This document shows, piece after piece, positions 11,401 to 24,224 of a stretch of 64,000 nucleotides of DNA. The position numbers were made by a program, and so were the translations under genes. The notes beneath the pieces were generated by a model. That model saw nothing but the letters and a program-made list of their open reading frames with translations. It searched no databases and was not told the DNA's origin. Source of the stretch: Amoebophrya sp. A120 (taxonomy: Eukaryota > Protista > Dinoflagellata); the NCBI GenBank assembly GCA_905178155.1, contig CAJINV010000001.1, forward strand, positions 2,904,089 through 2,968,088, written 5' to 3'. Numbering within the stretch: the stretch's first letter is position 1; each line of letters begins with the position of its first letter.

Positions 11401-14400
11401 CGTCCGACGTGCTGGTGCCAATGGTGACGTCAGACTGCGAAAATTGCAGCCCTTCGTCGGTACTTTGATCCTTTTTGGCGAGTGCAGAATTATTGCCGTT
11501 TGTCAAGGGAGACCGCTGCGCAAGTTTTTCGCGTTGCGACATCGGACGAATGCGGGCGTAAACGCGGACCGCGCCCTTCAAGTCCTGGATTTCGTTGTGC
11601 AGCCTCCGTCGGACGGCGTGCGCTTGCCGCAGAACGTCGGGGGGTGCAGAGGTGGTATTCGCCGACGAGTGGTCTTCCAGTAGCCCAATATGTTTGCTCA
11701 AAAGCCGCGTCACCGCAGGCAGAAATCGTAGAGCATAGAGATTGTGGTGCTGGAAGAAATTCCGTGTCGCGGAAACGCAACTGTTCATACCCCGGGCGTA
11801 GTCGAGGATTGTTGGCAAGTGCGACAGGATCTTTTCCAGGCCGCGCAGGTGCTCGAAGATGGACAAAACGGATAGGGGAGAGCAGTGGAATTCCATGGCA
11901 GTCTTGCACAGCGCTTGCAGCTCCGGATCCTTCGTGCTGCCTTGATAGCCCGAATTTGGAGCGTAAATAGCTGTTGCCTGTGCAAGCAGGTCCGCTTCCT
12001 TCTGCAACACCCTCCTCAACTCTGCTAGCCTCTCTTCACCGACTCTCGTGTCTGCTTTCGCAACTGTTTTTGCTCTTTCCAAGGCGTTTTCCAACAGAGT
12101 TGTATCCCTCGTCGTTTCCCACAATTCATCGAGTTGTGCCTGCGCGTCTTGCAATCCCTGAATTCGTTTTCGGAACTCCATGCCCTTGTCGCGACAAGCA
12201 CTCTCCAAGGAGGTTCTCTTCGTCGTACGAGAGGCACTACTAGTTCCACTGCTGCTGCCTAGGACCGTACCAGCGGAACCAGCGGCAGAGGGTCGTCGCG
12301 AGGATCCACCAGGTTGCGAAGAAGACGAGGCGCTGCTGGACGAGGATCCGCTCGCGTTGTTCGTTGGTGCAAGCTGCTGCAACTGGGTCAGGAGGAATTC
12401 GACCTGAGCGGTTGGTAAAGGTTTGGAGATGTCCACGTTGGTTACCAAGTCTTCCAGCTGTGAAACCAATTCCGCACAACGGGACTTCGATGCTTGGTGT
12501 TTTGCCTGCTTTTCCCGCTCCGCTCGTTTCTCCTGCAAAGTCCTTGTCCGCTCGCGCGACGCGCGCTGGATGGTAAGTGGGTGCACGCCGGCCTCTCGCG
12601 CTTTTTCCACGGCGTTTTGAAACTCAGCATTGTCCTCTGTGCTCGTGGCAGCGAAAAGCGCGACCTTCGCGGCGTCCTCCAGCAGCTGTGCTTTGCGACG
12701 TTCCGCCTTCTGCAGCTGTGAACCGGAGGCGCCAAGCTGTTTGGCTTTGTCAATCAAATCTGCGATTTGATCGGCGGAGGCCTTGGTTGCGGTTCCGCGG
12801 GTCTGTGGCTGCGAGCCACTTCTTGTTTCCACCAAGTGCGGTGGCTTTATTTCGCTTGTTGGGTGCGCGGAGAGCGCGTCTTCAAGAGCACGCAAAGCTT
12901 CTGCCAGCGGTGTGACAGCGACACCTGGAGCGTTTTGCCCAGCCAGTCCGATTGTTTTGTTCGCACTAGACGAGGTTGCCCGCTCGAGCGGCGATGGGTG
13001 TCTCTTTAGAATCCCGGCCAAAACAGGCTTGTTTGCCGCGTTTGGAGGTGCAGCAGTTGATGAGGCGGGCCTCGTTGCCGTAGTAGTTCTGTAGCGCGAT
13101 GACCCTACCTCTCCCGCTGCACCAGATGGTCGCGTGCGAAGCAGGCCGCTGGCGGAGGGCCGCCGAGTCTGAAGAGACGGGCGAGGAGGTTGGTTTGCAT
13201 TCGACTCATGATGTCCAGGAGGTCCTGCCGGCGGCACGCTCGTCGTGCCTGTAGTTGGTGCGAGCTTCGTCGAGTGCGTTTGCTGATAGTTGCCCGGTTT
13301 CTTCTTGCTTTTTTCTGCTTTCAGCTGTTGCAGGCGCTCTTTGAATCCACGAAACGCAAGCCCGGACGAGGCGACCGAGGATTTCGTTTCGGCGTTCGGG
13401 GGCAGAGAGCCCGTCTCATCTACTTGATCATGATGGTGTTGCTCTTGGTTGTAGGGAGCCGTACCCGTAGTTGCTGTTCCTGCATGATCAATCCTTTGAT
13501 CATCTAACTGCGGGGAAGATTTCAACAATAGTGCAGCGTTTTTCTCTTCGGGAACTGATCCCTTTTCAACATCTTCCTGGTAGTTCCTCTCCTGCTCTAA
13601 CCCACTTCCGGTCTCAAGTTCCAGGCCTGAGCGCGGGGTCTTGTCGTCGTTTGCAACTCCGACTAGCGACGAGGACAAAATGCTGCTGTGAGTGGCACCA
13701 CCAGTCGACCGATTCGCCTTTAGCCGCTCGCGAAGCGCTGCCAGTCGTTGTCCCGGGCCGCTTTTTGGTTTTGCGAAAGAAGAGGTCCTTGTAGCAGCTT
13801 CGTCGTCTTTTGTGGGAACGTTCATCGCCGCTGCTGGGAGCGCGGGGGTTTGGGCACTTTCGACAGTTGTAGACTGCATCGCAGGTGTGGGTGTTGGTGC
13901 AAAATGCAGCGTGACTTCTTCCAATTTGCTTTTCTGTTCTGCTACCAACACCTCCGGCGCATCCGCATTCTGCTTGTTGCTTTCATCATCGACGGCAAGT
14001 GGTAGAGGCGATGGTGGTCCTAACTCTGCGTTCAATGCGGCAGCGGGATTAGCAGAAGAGTATGGCTCGCCAGGTTTTTCTGTTGTGTTCACAGCACTGG
14101 TTTCAACTTCATCTATCTTGCTTGCTAGCTCCGGAATTACGGACAAATCTGGTACGGACAAATCCGGATCGTCCTCGTCGAAAAGCACCGCTTCGTCGTC
14201 TGCTTTGCGTAAATCGGACAGACTTCCCCGTTCCGCAACATTCGTAGAGCCCCGCTTTTTCCGTGTGGTTCGCTTGCGACTGCGGGCGCTCTCCGCGAGT
14301 TGATGCTCTGTCGGGATGGGGTGGTGCGGATTCTGCACATGGAGGTGCTCGGGCTGTCGAGCTGCCGTGGCAGCGACGGCTTCGCTTAGAAATGATTCCA

Positions 14401-16579
14401 GCGGTGACGACTTGATGTGTGCGTTGATCATTTTTCCGGCAGGTGCTACTATTTTCGGGGATTGTTCTAGCTGTATCGGAGAAAGAGCATGATCGTCATC
14501 GGCTCCAAGATTTCCCAAGCCAGGCGAAGTCACTTCGATGGCGGAAAGGTTGGCAAAAGACAGCTGCGGAGATTGGTGCTGCTGCTGCGCAGTGTCGTTT
14601 CTTATCGCTGCTGATGAGTCATCAACACCTGCAGGAGCAGTAGCAGGGGCAGCTGCCGGCGCTAGCCTTGTCGGCGATGCCGACCTACTGTTCGCAGCCC
14701 CTGCCCCCGCGGGCTTCGCTACTGTTCCGAGCGACGGTGGCTTATTTCTCGGCGTGCTTTTGCGATGCTCCGAGGAGCGAGCAGAAATTGACGACAGCGA
14801 CATACGCGTCAAGTGGCCGATGCCGTTTCCGTCGTCGTGACCACGTTCAGATAGCGGCACTACTAGACCCGGTTCCTTACTTGGTCGTTTCTCGAGCGAA
14901 TGCCGCAGGGCCATGCTTCTCACATCATTCTGCTCGGGTTTTTTTCGCTCGTCACTGCTACTCCTCCTCGTCTCTTTCGCAGGTCCTCCGCCTGTTGCCC
15001 ATGCCGGCTTCTTTACTACAGAAGGTGCTGCGGTTTTTGCTTTTTCTGCCAGCTGTGCTGGTATTGCTGCTGCTGCAGCTGCGACAGGCTCAGTTCGCCC
15101 CGCAGGTTCTGTTGCCCACCCTTTCTTACGCTGCTGCGCCTTTTCTTGCAGCTTCGCGAAAACACCTTTAGGCTTGCGAGACGCGACGAGAGCAGTGTTC
15201 TTGCTAGTTGCGTCCTGTTTCTTCTGGGCAGACGGCGCTAGTACTGTCTCCTGGGCCTGCTTAGACGCCGGCGCTGAGACAACTTTCGCGTTGCTGGCGG
15301 ACGCACTTCTTCTAATTACTCCGGAAGACTTAGACTGCCCTTTATTGCCTTTCCGCTCCACGCCGCGAGAAACCTCCGGGCGTTTATTGCGCGGCTGCCC
15401 CCCGGACGAGTGGCTGCGAGGTGGATGGACCGGCTGTCCCCGCAATTCGTAACTTCCGTCTCGCTTCCGCACAACATGGCGTCCAGTAGACGAAACCACT
15501 TCACGCCCCCTCGCGGTCGTCAGCTCCGCCTCCGCAACCTTTGATGTTAGTTGCAGTTGCCGACCTCTGCCCGGGCTTTCTCGCCTCGGCTCCGCGGCGG
15601 CGGGTGAGGTGTAAGGAGGAGGCTCAACATGCAACTCTGCCTGCGCGAGCAGGTCCACACCCGTTCCCGTTGGTGATGGCATCACCACAACAGACGGGCT
15701 GCTCATTTTTGAAGTCTCTTCTTCGGAGGTAAAGTCGAGGTCTTTCTTGAAAACCAGCGTCTTCGCACCTGCTCCGGTCGGCAGCTGCCGCTTTTGGGTA
15801 GATGACGTTGACGTTGAGTTCATTTGCTCCTTTGCAGCCACCAGGCTTGCCGGCGCACCACCGAACTTCGCCAACTGCGGAACCACGGTGCCAAACGGGA
15901 CCACTGCGTCTGCCAGAATTTCACAGCCATCACCCAAAACGCAGTTCGACGAGATGACGACGTTATTGCCGATCACAACCCTTTCCCCGATCCGGCTCCC
16001 GATCAGGACACAGCCTTTGCCGACCCTCGTACCGGTGCCTACCGATACTGGCTGCGCTTGTTGCACAGCAGCGGATTCTACTTGGCGAGAACTGACGCCT
16101 ACTGCTGCAGCGCTTTTGCCACCAATCGTGTTCATCGCCCAGTTCGCATTACTGCTCGAGCTCGCTGAAGACGTGCCCGTCAGCACGCCGCTCGTAGAAG
16201 TTCCCGGTCGCAAAATCGTGTTTTCGCCGATGCGGACCTTGTTGCCGATTACCAGCTTGGCGTCCAGGTCCCCGCGTAGGTGGACATTTTTCTCGATAAC
16301 CACGTCCGTGCCAATCACGATATTCCGGCTGCCCCAGATCTTCACAGACTCGTGAATCTTGCTGGTCGCGTAGTGCGACGCGCGAAACTGGTCTGTCGCA
16401 TTGACGCTGGACCGGTGCGACCGCTTTTTACTCGTCGATGTTGGTGCGGGAGGGGCTCTGTGTTGAAGGCTCGACGAAGTAGTTGTTGTGCCTCGTTGTT
16501 GTGCTTGCGGAACAGCACGCGCGCTGGCACTGCCGCTGTCCGCGTTGTTCCCAGAGGCTGATTTGGTACTCCGTCGCAT
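8460..16579 (-). CDS. Kinesin-14 (C-terminal motor) with N-terminal dynactin p25 (DCTN5)-like left-handed beta-helix. Exons 16579-11314, 10644-9553, 9268-9200, 8929-8460
   Basis: Neck [24 protein letters not shown]-loop GQTGAGKT, switch I NSTSSRSH, switch II DLAGSER and [18 protein letters not shown]. These motifs join in frame only after three TIR elements are removed. Confidence 0.9.
8935..9199. mobile_element. TIR introner, family A (kinesin intron 3)
   Basis: Left end TATCAAATGTAAAAATGTCTGGGTC..TGGAAGA is inverted at the right end as TCTTCCAGACCCAGACATTTTTGCAATCCATA. 5-bp flanks on the gene strand are TTCAG/TTCGG. Confidence 0.9.
9274..9552. mobile_element. TIR introner, family B (kinesin intron 2)
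   Basis: 32-bp TIR TATCCTGAGTAAAAACGTACCCACACCAGAGT versus TATCCTGAGCAAAAACGTCCCCAGACCAGAGT (3 mismatches). Flanks CACCA/CGCCA. It splits NST|SSRSH, and no GT-AG is available at the junction. Confidence 0.9.
10650..11313. mobile_element. TIR introner, family A (kinesin intron 1), carrying a nested insertion
   Basis: TIR TATCAAATGTAAAAATGTCTGGGTCTGGAAGATT at the left and its inverse at the right. Flanks GTGCG/GCGCG. Interior is homologous to 30298-30540. Confidence 0.9.
10736..11116. mobile_element. Nested ~380-bp insertion inside a family A introner
   Basis: Absent from sister copy 30298-30540 (TGCATGACC|AGCAAGAGG). Flanked by an ATGACC duplication at 10730-10735 and 11117-11122. Confidence 0.75.
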
Positions 16580-18045
16580 GATTCCACTGCCACTGGCTCA
16601 GAGATAGTGCGCTGGTGCCGTTGTACGTATTTCACATAAATTTCAAGCTATCAAGTCCAAATTTACAGGCTTTCTGAATCTGTTACTCTTTAGCTTTGGG
16701 CGAAATCTACGCTTTTCCTATTTCTGTTCTAGAATCCAGCTGCAATGTTGTCGTGATTTTGGCCACAGATTTGCAAACGAAAAACGATGAAAAAAAGCAC
16801 GAAGCGAGTTCGCCTTTGTTCACTTCTCACACCGTTGCACTTTTACGTTCACTACGATTTGCGTCAGTTGGAATTTGTGTATCTCACATTGACTTCGATC
16901 CTGCATCAACTCTTGACAAACAACGATAATCTGAATAAAAAGACTTGTTGGTCGTGTGTGTCTTCGTACGTCAACACTTGCGTTGCCTTCGTACATACGT
17001 TCACATACACGAACATGGCACAAGCAAAACTGAAACAAGAAACGCGACAGCAACTCGCAGACGCCGATTGAAATCAGTGCGCGCTCTCCGGTTGACGGCT
17101 CGGACACCCTGCAGCGTCTGCTCTGACGGGTCGTAGTTTTGTTGTACTATAGAAGGTTTCATTTTTCATAGTTTCGATTGTTCAGCAAATTTTGAATACA
17201 ATGCATATCATCGTTAAGTGTGATCTCCTTGTCCGTGTTTACTTCCGGTGATTGCCTCCGGAATCGAAAGTTACGGTGCTGTTTTGAGTTCCCGCGGACC
17301 CGGTGTTGTACGTGTGATGTTCGTCGTCTCAAACTCAATCTCCTACTCTCAATTCGTGCGGCTGTGGGCCGTGGTATTTGCTTCACCCACCAGGACACTC
17401 TCGATTTCGAGGATTCCACCCAACAAATCTGTCATCCTCGTCCTCCTCGCTTTGCACACAGTAAAAAATGCAAACTAAAGGCAATTCAACAAGCGTGGCA
17501 TTAAACAATAAATTCAAGGGAGCTGAAACCGTACTAAAACCGAAACAGTGAAAACCTAAGAAAAGCTCATTAACAGTGAACGAGTGCAGCGAAAACTCAT
17601 TTTGCACTCTTGACGTTCTGGTACTAGGACATAATACCGCAATTTCTGATATGATACCGGTAAAATTTTGCGTTGAACTAGGAACTTCTCGATGGACGTG
17701 AGAAGCTCCTGTTCTTTTTTGTAAACTATTGCTAAATTAACAGATTCGAGTTGTTTTTTGTCGAATTAAACGAATTAAAACAGAGGTTTGGTCTTTCAGG
17801 ATGCGTAAACTTTAAGGAAACAGGTGAAAAGTATAAACTTGACGTTTTCATCTTTTTTCAGGCTCGATTCACATGGTGTCAGTTTTCGTTTTGATGTCAT
17901 CATCAAAGGACTTCGTCTACATGAATTGGAAGCCTTCGACGAAAACGAGCACTGATGCATTTTTTCTACAACAGCTTGTTGTCTCAAAAGAACTCGTTGA
18001 TTGCTCGAGCAGAAAGCTGCTGCAACTAGTACACCACTTCGCTGC

Positions 18046-19396
18046 TTAGTGCGCTACCGGCACAGAGCTGGGAGTCGGCAGCTTGTTGCGCTCGTGCTCC
18101 TCCTCCAGCTGCTTCACGAACAGCAGTGGTGGCTTGCCTTGCAGTTTCGCCAGTGGCTCCAAATCAACGTGCTTCAAATACCTGAAAAGTTCGTGTTGCG
18201 ATCGTTCGTTGGTATGTTCCTGATTCGGAAGTAGATGAACGAAAAAGTTGACCTTCATACCGAAGTACAAACACATCAAAAACAAAAGCTGTACTTGATT
18301 TCATCGAGTTCTGATTTGACCGCGCAGAAAAGTTCGGAGATGGCCGGCACGGGTACCAGGGACTTCACGAGGTCGTTCATGGTTACTTTCGTTTGTATGC
18401 CCTGTTCCACGCACTCAAGTTTGTACTCGAGTTCTTCCTCCACCTCCTGCTTGAGGTCGTCTATTCTTACAAGCTCCGCTGCATTTCTCTTCATCTCCTT
18501 CTTCTGCAATGTCTCTGTGCGGACCTGGAGGGTGAAATTTGGGGTGGATAACTTTCTGTATGCGAATGAGTTGAAACCGAGACCAAAACCATGTTCGTTG
18601 TACCTCGTGTTCGGTCAGTCTGGCCACATTCGGTGTGGTTGTGGAACTCGAAATTTTGTTATTGTTGCCTGTTCATCACTACTGGTATCAAGAAACAAAA
18701 ACACGCAGACTTGATGGTACCTCTTCCAGCTGTTCCTGTGATGCCTTAGAGTCTGCTCTTTGTTTTGCTTCGAGTTTCCAGCCGAGCAGAACTTTTGTTT
18801 TTGCTTCCTTTTTCTTCTCGAGCTCCTGGTTTTCCTGCTCTTGCGCCTCGTCGAGGAGGTTCATGATGTACTCGTGTGCTCTGGCCTGCCATTTCTCCTC
18901 TCGCCTAATTATCGCGGCTTCTCGATTCCTTTCCCGATACTCGTCCTCGATATCTGGGTTTCAGGAAGTTGCACATGAAAAGTGTAAGCGATTGAAAATA
19001 AAAATACATCAGATTGCATGCGGCACCATCACCAACCACTGTCATGGTTCTGGTTGTTCTTATTGGTTGCGTTGAATTTTCCATATTAGTGACGATAGAT
19101 CCGGGCAAGAAATTCAAAAAATCATCAAAAGCAGTACTGTTTTGTTTTTTATTGATTCCGCTCCTGAGCTCTGTTTGCCTTTTCATGGCTTCGAGCTGCT
19201 TCCGCTGCTGCCTGTTTTCGGCCTCATATTCCTTCTTTAGCCTTCTCTGGTCCGCCAGCTCTGCCTGTTTTCGCTCGTACCGTTCCTCCCGCAACTTGAT
19301 ATTGTATTCCCGCTTGGCATCCAGCGCCTCTTGCTCCGCGGTCGGGGTGCGCTTCCCGAAAATGTTCGCCTCGCCCGGCTTCACCGGAGGCGCCAT
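18046..19396 (-). CDS. Hypothetical E/K/R-rich coiled-coil protein. Exons 19396-19138, 18953-18721, 18524-18295, 18181-18046
   Basis: Three GTAC...AG introns join four charged helical segments with compatible phases (1, 0, 2). Confidence 0.7.
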
Positions 19397-20320
19397 CTTA
19401 TCGCCGGTTATCAATCACTACTACTGGATTTTTGGGTTCTACAAGTTCCTGAGTGGGAAAGGTACAAAAAAAATCCGCAGTTCTACATGGAATTCATTGG
19501 GGGGTATTCGCGTCGTTTTGCAATGTCGTGACAAAGCAACGAAAAATGGAGTCTGACCGAGAAGTTGTAGTTCTTCAGGTTGACATGATCATGTGGCGTC
19601 CCTTCAATTATTTCCTACTCCGAGAGCGAGACACATCGACGTCGTTATCATCTCCATTGCAGAAAAACAATGAGGAATTTTTGGGTCTAAACGACGATAG
19701 TATATTTCGTGCACGTTGACCCCAGCTGGATACAGATGATGACACAAACATACACGACAAATCCCGGTACGTTGAGTTAACGAATATGGATTCCAGCATA
19801 ACCACACCACGAATCTATCTAGTCGCAGCCAAAACTCTCACTCACGGCTCGCTCTCGCGACCCCTCGCTCAGATCTCGGTGTCAGTCTCACTCACTCAGC
19901 AACAATTCCGATGGAGCTCTTCGTCAGAAACAGAATGAAGTGAAAAACTTTATTAATTACAAGAACTGCTACTGCTCTGTGCGTGTGCTGTATCACACCC
20001 AACAGACGATCAAGCAAACAAATCTCTCAGTAAATTTGCTGCAGCTCTAGATGCGGTAGTAGGACTTCCTAGCACGATATTTGTACAAGTATCGCTCTCT
20101 TCTATCCACTTCTCAGCTTATTTGCTTAGGATCTACTCTTTCTGACATAGTGCAGAAGGTCTCACGTATGTTATTCTGTCTGGAAAAATGGGAAGCAGCA
20201 CGCACCAGCAGCTGCAGTTGTAACACACTGGTATGCTGTGGAATAGCAGAAATACTGCTGACCTTTGGCTTTACAAACAAAGAAAGCCTTACTCCAAGGA
20301 GCTTGAAACTGAAAGTAGTA

Positions 20321-21433
20321 TTACTTAGCCGGCACAGCACTTTCTTCCGGTACGTACATCGCATGAAGACAGACTGGAAGTGGATCACGATTTTGAAACA
20401 AGAGACCAAAAGGTCCTTTGATTGTGAAACCCATCGTGGGCTGTTCTTTCGACAACTTGCTCAACAGGGAATATCCGTGTGACAGACCGTCGTGCAATGC
20501 ATCAACATCTCGAGCATTTACGGGATAGGACTCGCCACTGGGAAGTTTTGGTCCTTGGTCTAGTAGTTCGCGTGTAATCTCCAGTTGTGGAATCCCTTTT
20601 GCAACAGCGGCAGAGAAGAGGTCGAGCAAGTATTTTACCACCTCGTCTCCAATGCGGCCGATTGTCTCTTGAAACTCCACCCAGATTTTTCCAGTTCTAC
20701 CCGCAGGAGCGTCCGCGGATGCGGCGCCTCCTGGTGTCAAATTGCGGGCTGCATGAGCGGCGATGATCTGAGCCGGCATCTCGGTGTGAGACCAATGATA
20801 GACCAGAACGCGTACCGGCAGCGGTACCGTATCTATGAGGTACGAATTAGATCGGTCGATTGCCACCTCGTGGCCCTCCATGCGCAAGCGGAAGCCTTGG
20901 AACACAAGGAGGCGCACGACGACCTCGATTCGTGGTCGCTCTCCGTTCGCCAGCGCTGGCGCCCCGTCAAGAAGGTCCCTATCGATTTCAAAGGATTCCA
21001 TGTTTCCTTTTTCGACGCTAGCGTGGATCTTGTCCAGGAAGTACGGAAGGACAGAGCGTGCGTAATACTGTTCAACGACGGAGCAACCGAGCTGTTGCAT
21101 CTGCTTGCAGCTCGGGAGTAGAGACGATGCTGACGCGTCTCCAATGAATTCCACAATCTTTGCGCGGACCGGGGGCGGAAGGGGCGGCTTGTCGGCGCGG
21201 GCTTTGTTGCGCATTGCCAGAACGTACCAGATGTTAATCTGTCCGTGCAAAACTTTCCGAAAATTTCGCGGCTCGACGGTCCGCAATTTCGTGGTAAGTT
21301 GTTCCTTGTCTAGCTCCGTCGCCTTCTTTACCCACTTATCGAAGGAGCCTCGGAACTTTGTCATCACGTTCTCAGAATTGAGGCCGACGTCGCGTGCCGG
21401 GGCGCCGGCTACTAGTGCGGGTTGAGGCGGCAT
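20321..21433 (-). CDS. Hypothetical protein, tandem paralog 1
   Basis: 370-aa ORF clearly homologous to 22269-23486 (GQINIWYVLA, PPPVRAKI, GDEVVKYLL, PKLPSGESYP). Confidence 0.85.
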   Translation of the reverse strand: MPPQPALVAGAPARDVGLNSENVMTKFRGSFDKWVKKATELDKEQLTTKLRTVEPRNFRKVLHGQINIWYVLAMRNKARADKPPLPPPVRAKIVEFIGDASASSLLPSCKQMQQLGCSVVEQYYARSVLPYFLDKIHASVEKGNMESFEIDRDLLDGAPALANGERPRIEVVVRLLVFQGFRLRMEGHEVAIDRSNSYLIDTVPLPVRVLVYHWSHTEMPAQIIAAHAARNLTPGGAASADAPAGRTGKIWVEFQETIGRIGDEVVKYLLDLFSAAVAKGIPQLEITRELLDQGPKLPSGESYPVNARDVDALHDGLSHGYSLLSKLSKEQPTMGFTIKGPFGLLFQNRDPLPVCLHAMYVPEESAVPAK

Positions 21434-22268
21434 AGTGTTGTGCGAAGCTTCTAGCTTCTTTTGCGTTCTTGTGTATTCAAGTATCTATACTACGCAGCTT
21501 CGATCACGACGACGACAATTTCAATGACAACCTTTTTGACGTCTGAAGGAGCACAGATACGCTTATCTTTGCTTGTTTTGCTCGTCGCTACGGACTTTGT
21601 ATTGTCAACAGGTCGAGCTCGACAACGTAGAAATCTAAGATGCTGCTTTGCCACTGTGTGCTCGCAAAATCTAAAACAAAACTTAAAGCCACTCAATGAT
21701 CCTTACGTCGTTATCGTCATGCTGCTTTGTTCGTCACTAACACTATGGAAAGACTACTTTTGGAAAGAACAAATGAATCCTCGCTGCAAGGGCAAGATGA
21801 ATATTGTCGTCATATCATACCAAATTCAACTATCAAAACATCACTGATACATGTTGACATGAGCAGATCAAGGTCAAGGGGAGGGACGCGTCCTCGTGTT
21901 TTAGGTCTAGCAACGAACGCCAGTGTCCCCGCACTGCTTTTGTCATCGTGGTTGGCTTTCACTTTATTTGGGAATGTATAAACATGCTGGTGGACCCGGC
22001 TTTCATCTTGAACAACAGAAAGATATCGCTTATCTTCGCCTCGTCCCGGAAGCCGGGAATAACGTCGCGCGTCATTATTTGTTCTTCGGTCATTTGTTCC
22101 TCAGCTCGCCCCAGTCCTAGGAGACAGCAGCACAGAAATATCGAGGGCGTAATCGCAATGCTCATCAGTGCGAATTTCAGCAACAATTAATAGGAATGCT
22201 TATTGCGTTTTTTGCATAAGCGAGAGGGTCGGAGGTGGATCGCGGACGAAGCGCAAGAGGCATCGCGA

Positions 22269-23486
22269 CTATATCGCGAGTTTATCTACATTGAACTGCG
22301 CATGGAGAAAGAAAGGAAGTGGGTCAGCGTCGTGCTGCATCGGCTCCGCCTCATCTTCCGGCGCATCATCAACGCGGTTGCCATGGACCCGGTTTGGTGG
22401 AACTATCGTGAATCCCTTCGCTTCCTGTTCGTCTGACAGTTTGAAGAGCAGGCACAGAGAAGACGGAAGTTCTCTATGTAGTGCATGCAACTGCGGAATG
22501 CCGAGAGGGTAGGACTCGCCGCTCGGGAGCTTTGGCGCCTGCTCCATCACTTCGCGGCTGATCTCCAGCAGCGGGATGCCCTTGGAGAGGGTGGCAGAAA
22601 AAAGGTTCAGCAGGTACTTCACCACCTCGTCGCCACTGCGGCTGATGGTCTGCTTGAAATCCGACCAAAATGGTGCAGGTTTCCGGGCTTCGCCTTGTGA
22701 AAGATGATGACCCGCCCTCCCCGCCAAGTTGTTGTTGAAACAGTCGACAACTTTCTTTGCAAAGAAAAGTCTCGGTATAGTGGCGTGGCCCCAGTGATTT
22801 ATCCTGACGCGCAAGGGGAGCGGCAGGTGCTGGTCCCAACCGGTGTGCTGGTTTGGCATCTCGATCAGGTTCCACTTGTTCCAGGTCTTCGTAGCGTCGT
22901 CGCCCTCACCGGTTTTTGCAATGATTTCAAAGCCCTTCTTGATGAGGATTACCACGATAATGTCAATACGCGGCCGCTCGTTGTTCGGGAGGCTTGGAGC
23001 GCCATCGAGGATTTGCTGCGTGAGATCGAAGAGGTCGACGGTTCCGGTTTCGACGCTCGCCCGGATTTTTTCAAGAAAATACGGAATCACATCGCGGGCG
23101 TCGTACTGTTCGAGCACGGACGACCCGAGGGTGCTCATTCCTCCGCAATCGGAAGCAACGCGGCCTAGCCCTGCCGGGTCGGTAATGAATTCCAAGATCT
23201 TCGCGCGCACCGGGGGCGGGACCGGCGCCTTGTCTGCACGCGTCTTGTTGCGCACCGCAAGCACATACCAAATGTTGATTTGTCCGTTTAGCACCCGAAG
23301 GTGGGAGCGCTTTTCGAGGCTTACAAGCCGTGACTCGAGATCGTGCTTGTCGAGGTCTGTCACTTTCGCTACCCACTTGTCAAAAGTGCCCCGGAATCGC
23401 GTCATCACACTTTCTGTGTTCAGTGGACGGGGCTGTGTGATGGCGTCCACGGCAGCTCCTGCGGCGGCGCCTGCGTGTGGTGGCAT
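22269..23486 (-). CDS. Hypothetical protein, tandem paralog 2
   Basis: 405-aa ORF homologous to 20321-21433, conserved at protein level with divergent DNA. Confidence 0.85.
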   Translation of the reverse strand: MPPHAGAAAGAAVDAITQPRPLNTESVMTRFRGTFDKWVAKVTDLDKHDLESRLVSLEKRSHLRVLNGQINIWYVLAVRNKTRADKAPVPPPVRAKILEFITDPAGLGRVASDCGGMSTLGSSVLEQYDARDVIPYFLEKIRASVETGTVDLFDLTQQILDGAPSLPNNERPRIDIIVVILIKKGFEIIAKTGEGDDATKTWNKWNLIEMPNQHTGWDQHLPLPLRVRINHWGHATIPRLFFAKKVVDCFNNNLAGRAGHHLSQGEARKPAPFWSDFKQTISRSGDEVVKYLLNLFSATLSKGIPLLEISREVMEQAPKLPSGESYPLGIPQLHALHRELPSSLCLLFKLSDEQEAKGFTIVPPNRVHGNRVDDAPEDEAEPMQHDADPLPFFLHAQFNVDKLAI

Positions 23487-24224
23487 CTTGTAGCTTCTCA
23501 GTGAGTCTGAGTTCTTGTTTTTGTCCTAGTATAATAGCGCTCCCTCTGCATCCTTTTCCTAATGCTATCTTCACTTCGCTTTACAGTTCTAGCATGTTTT
23601 ACTTGCAACAAGTGGAAATCCTCAAAAATGAAACGTCAACGTATGGAGAATCATAACTGCTCACTATTCTGAGCAATGGCAGTGGTATCTTCACGTTTTG
23701 ATTGATAGATAGCGTGCCGCAACGATGGATGAACACCAGTATGACAGAAAGAGCACCAGCAGGTAGACTTCGTACTTGTCTGCTTAGTGTAGAGACCAGA
23801 TGACTGGTACTGGTTTATCAAGATAAAAATTTTGAATCACATTACTGAAAACAAGAGCCACCACGATCTGCTCCTGCCTGGCAATGTTCTGTCTTTATTC
23901 GTAGCACACATCAGCACAGTCTATACTATTGTGGGCGTTCCACCACAATCCACGGCTGTGCACACCTTCCTCAGCCTCTGCCTCCGGGTCGTCTCTTCTC
24001 ACATCGCATGACGCTCCGCAGAATGTTCGCTTTGGAAAGGGTCCGTGAAGGAGAGGGCTGTAGCCCGGCCCAGGATTTCGTAATCGGCGCGTGTGCTGTG
24101 GCTCGGCTTGTTTGACGGTCGCAACACTGCAGCCGCCGCGACGAGACTGAACTGAAGTATCTGGACACGCCCATATTGGCCTTGTCGCGTTGCTCGGTCT
24201 CTACCTGCTGTCGCAAAGTTTCTT

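Noticed and set aside
16600-18040. Short ORFs between the kinesin and coiled-coil genes; similarly 31400-31870
   Set aside because: AT-rich, no consistent frame or recognisable protein, so treated as intergenic.
18601-18670. Possible extra micro-exon ending GAG|GTACAA
   Set aside because: The nearby acceptor gives a stop in the required phase, and the gene joins cleanly without it.
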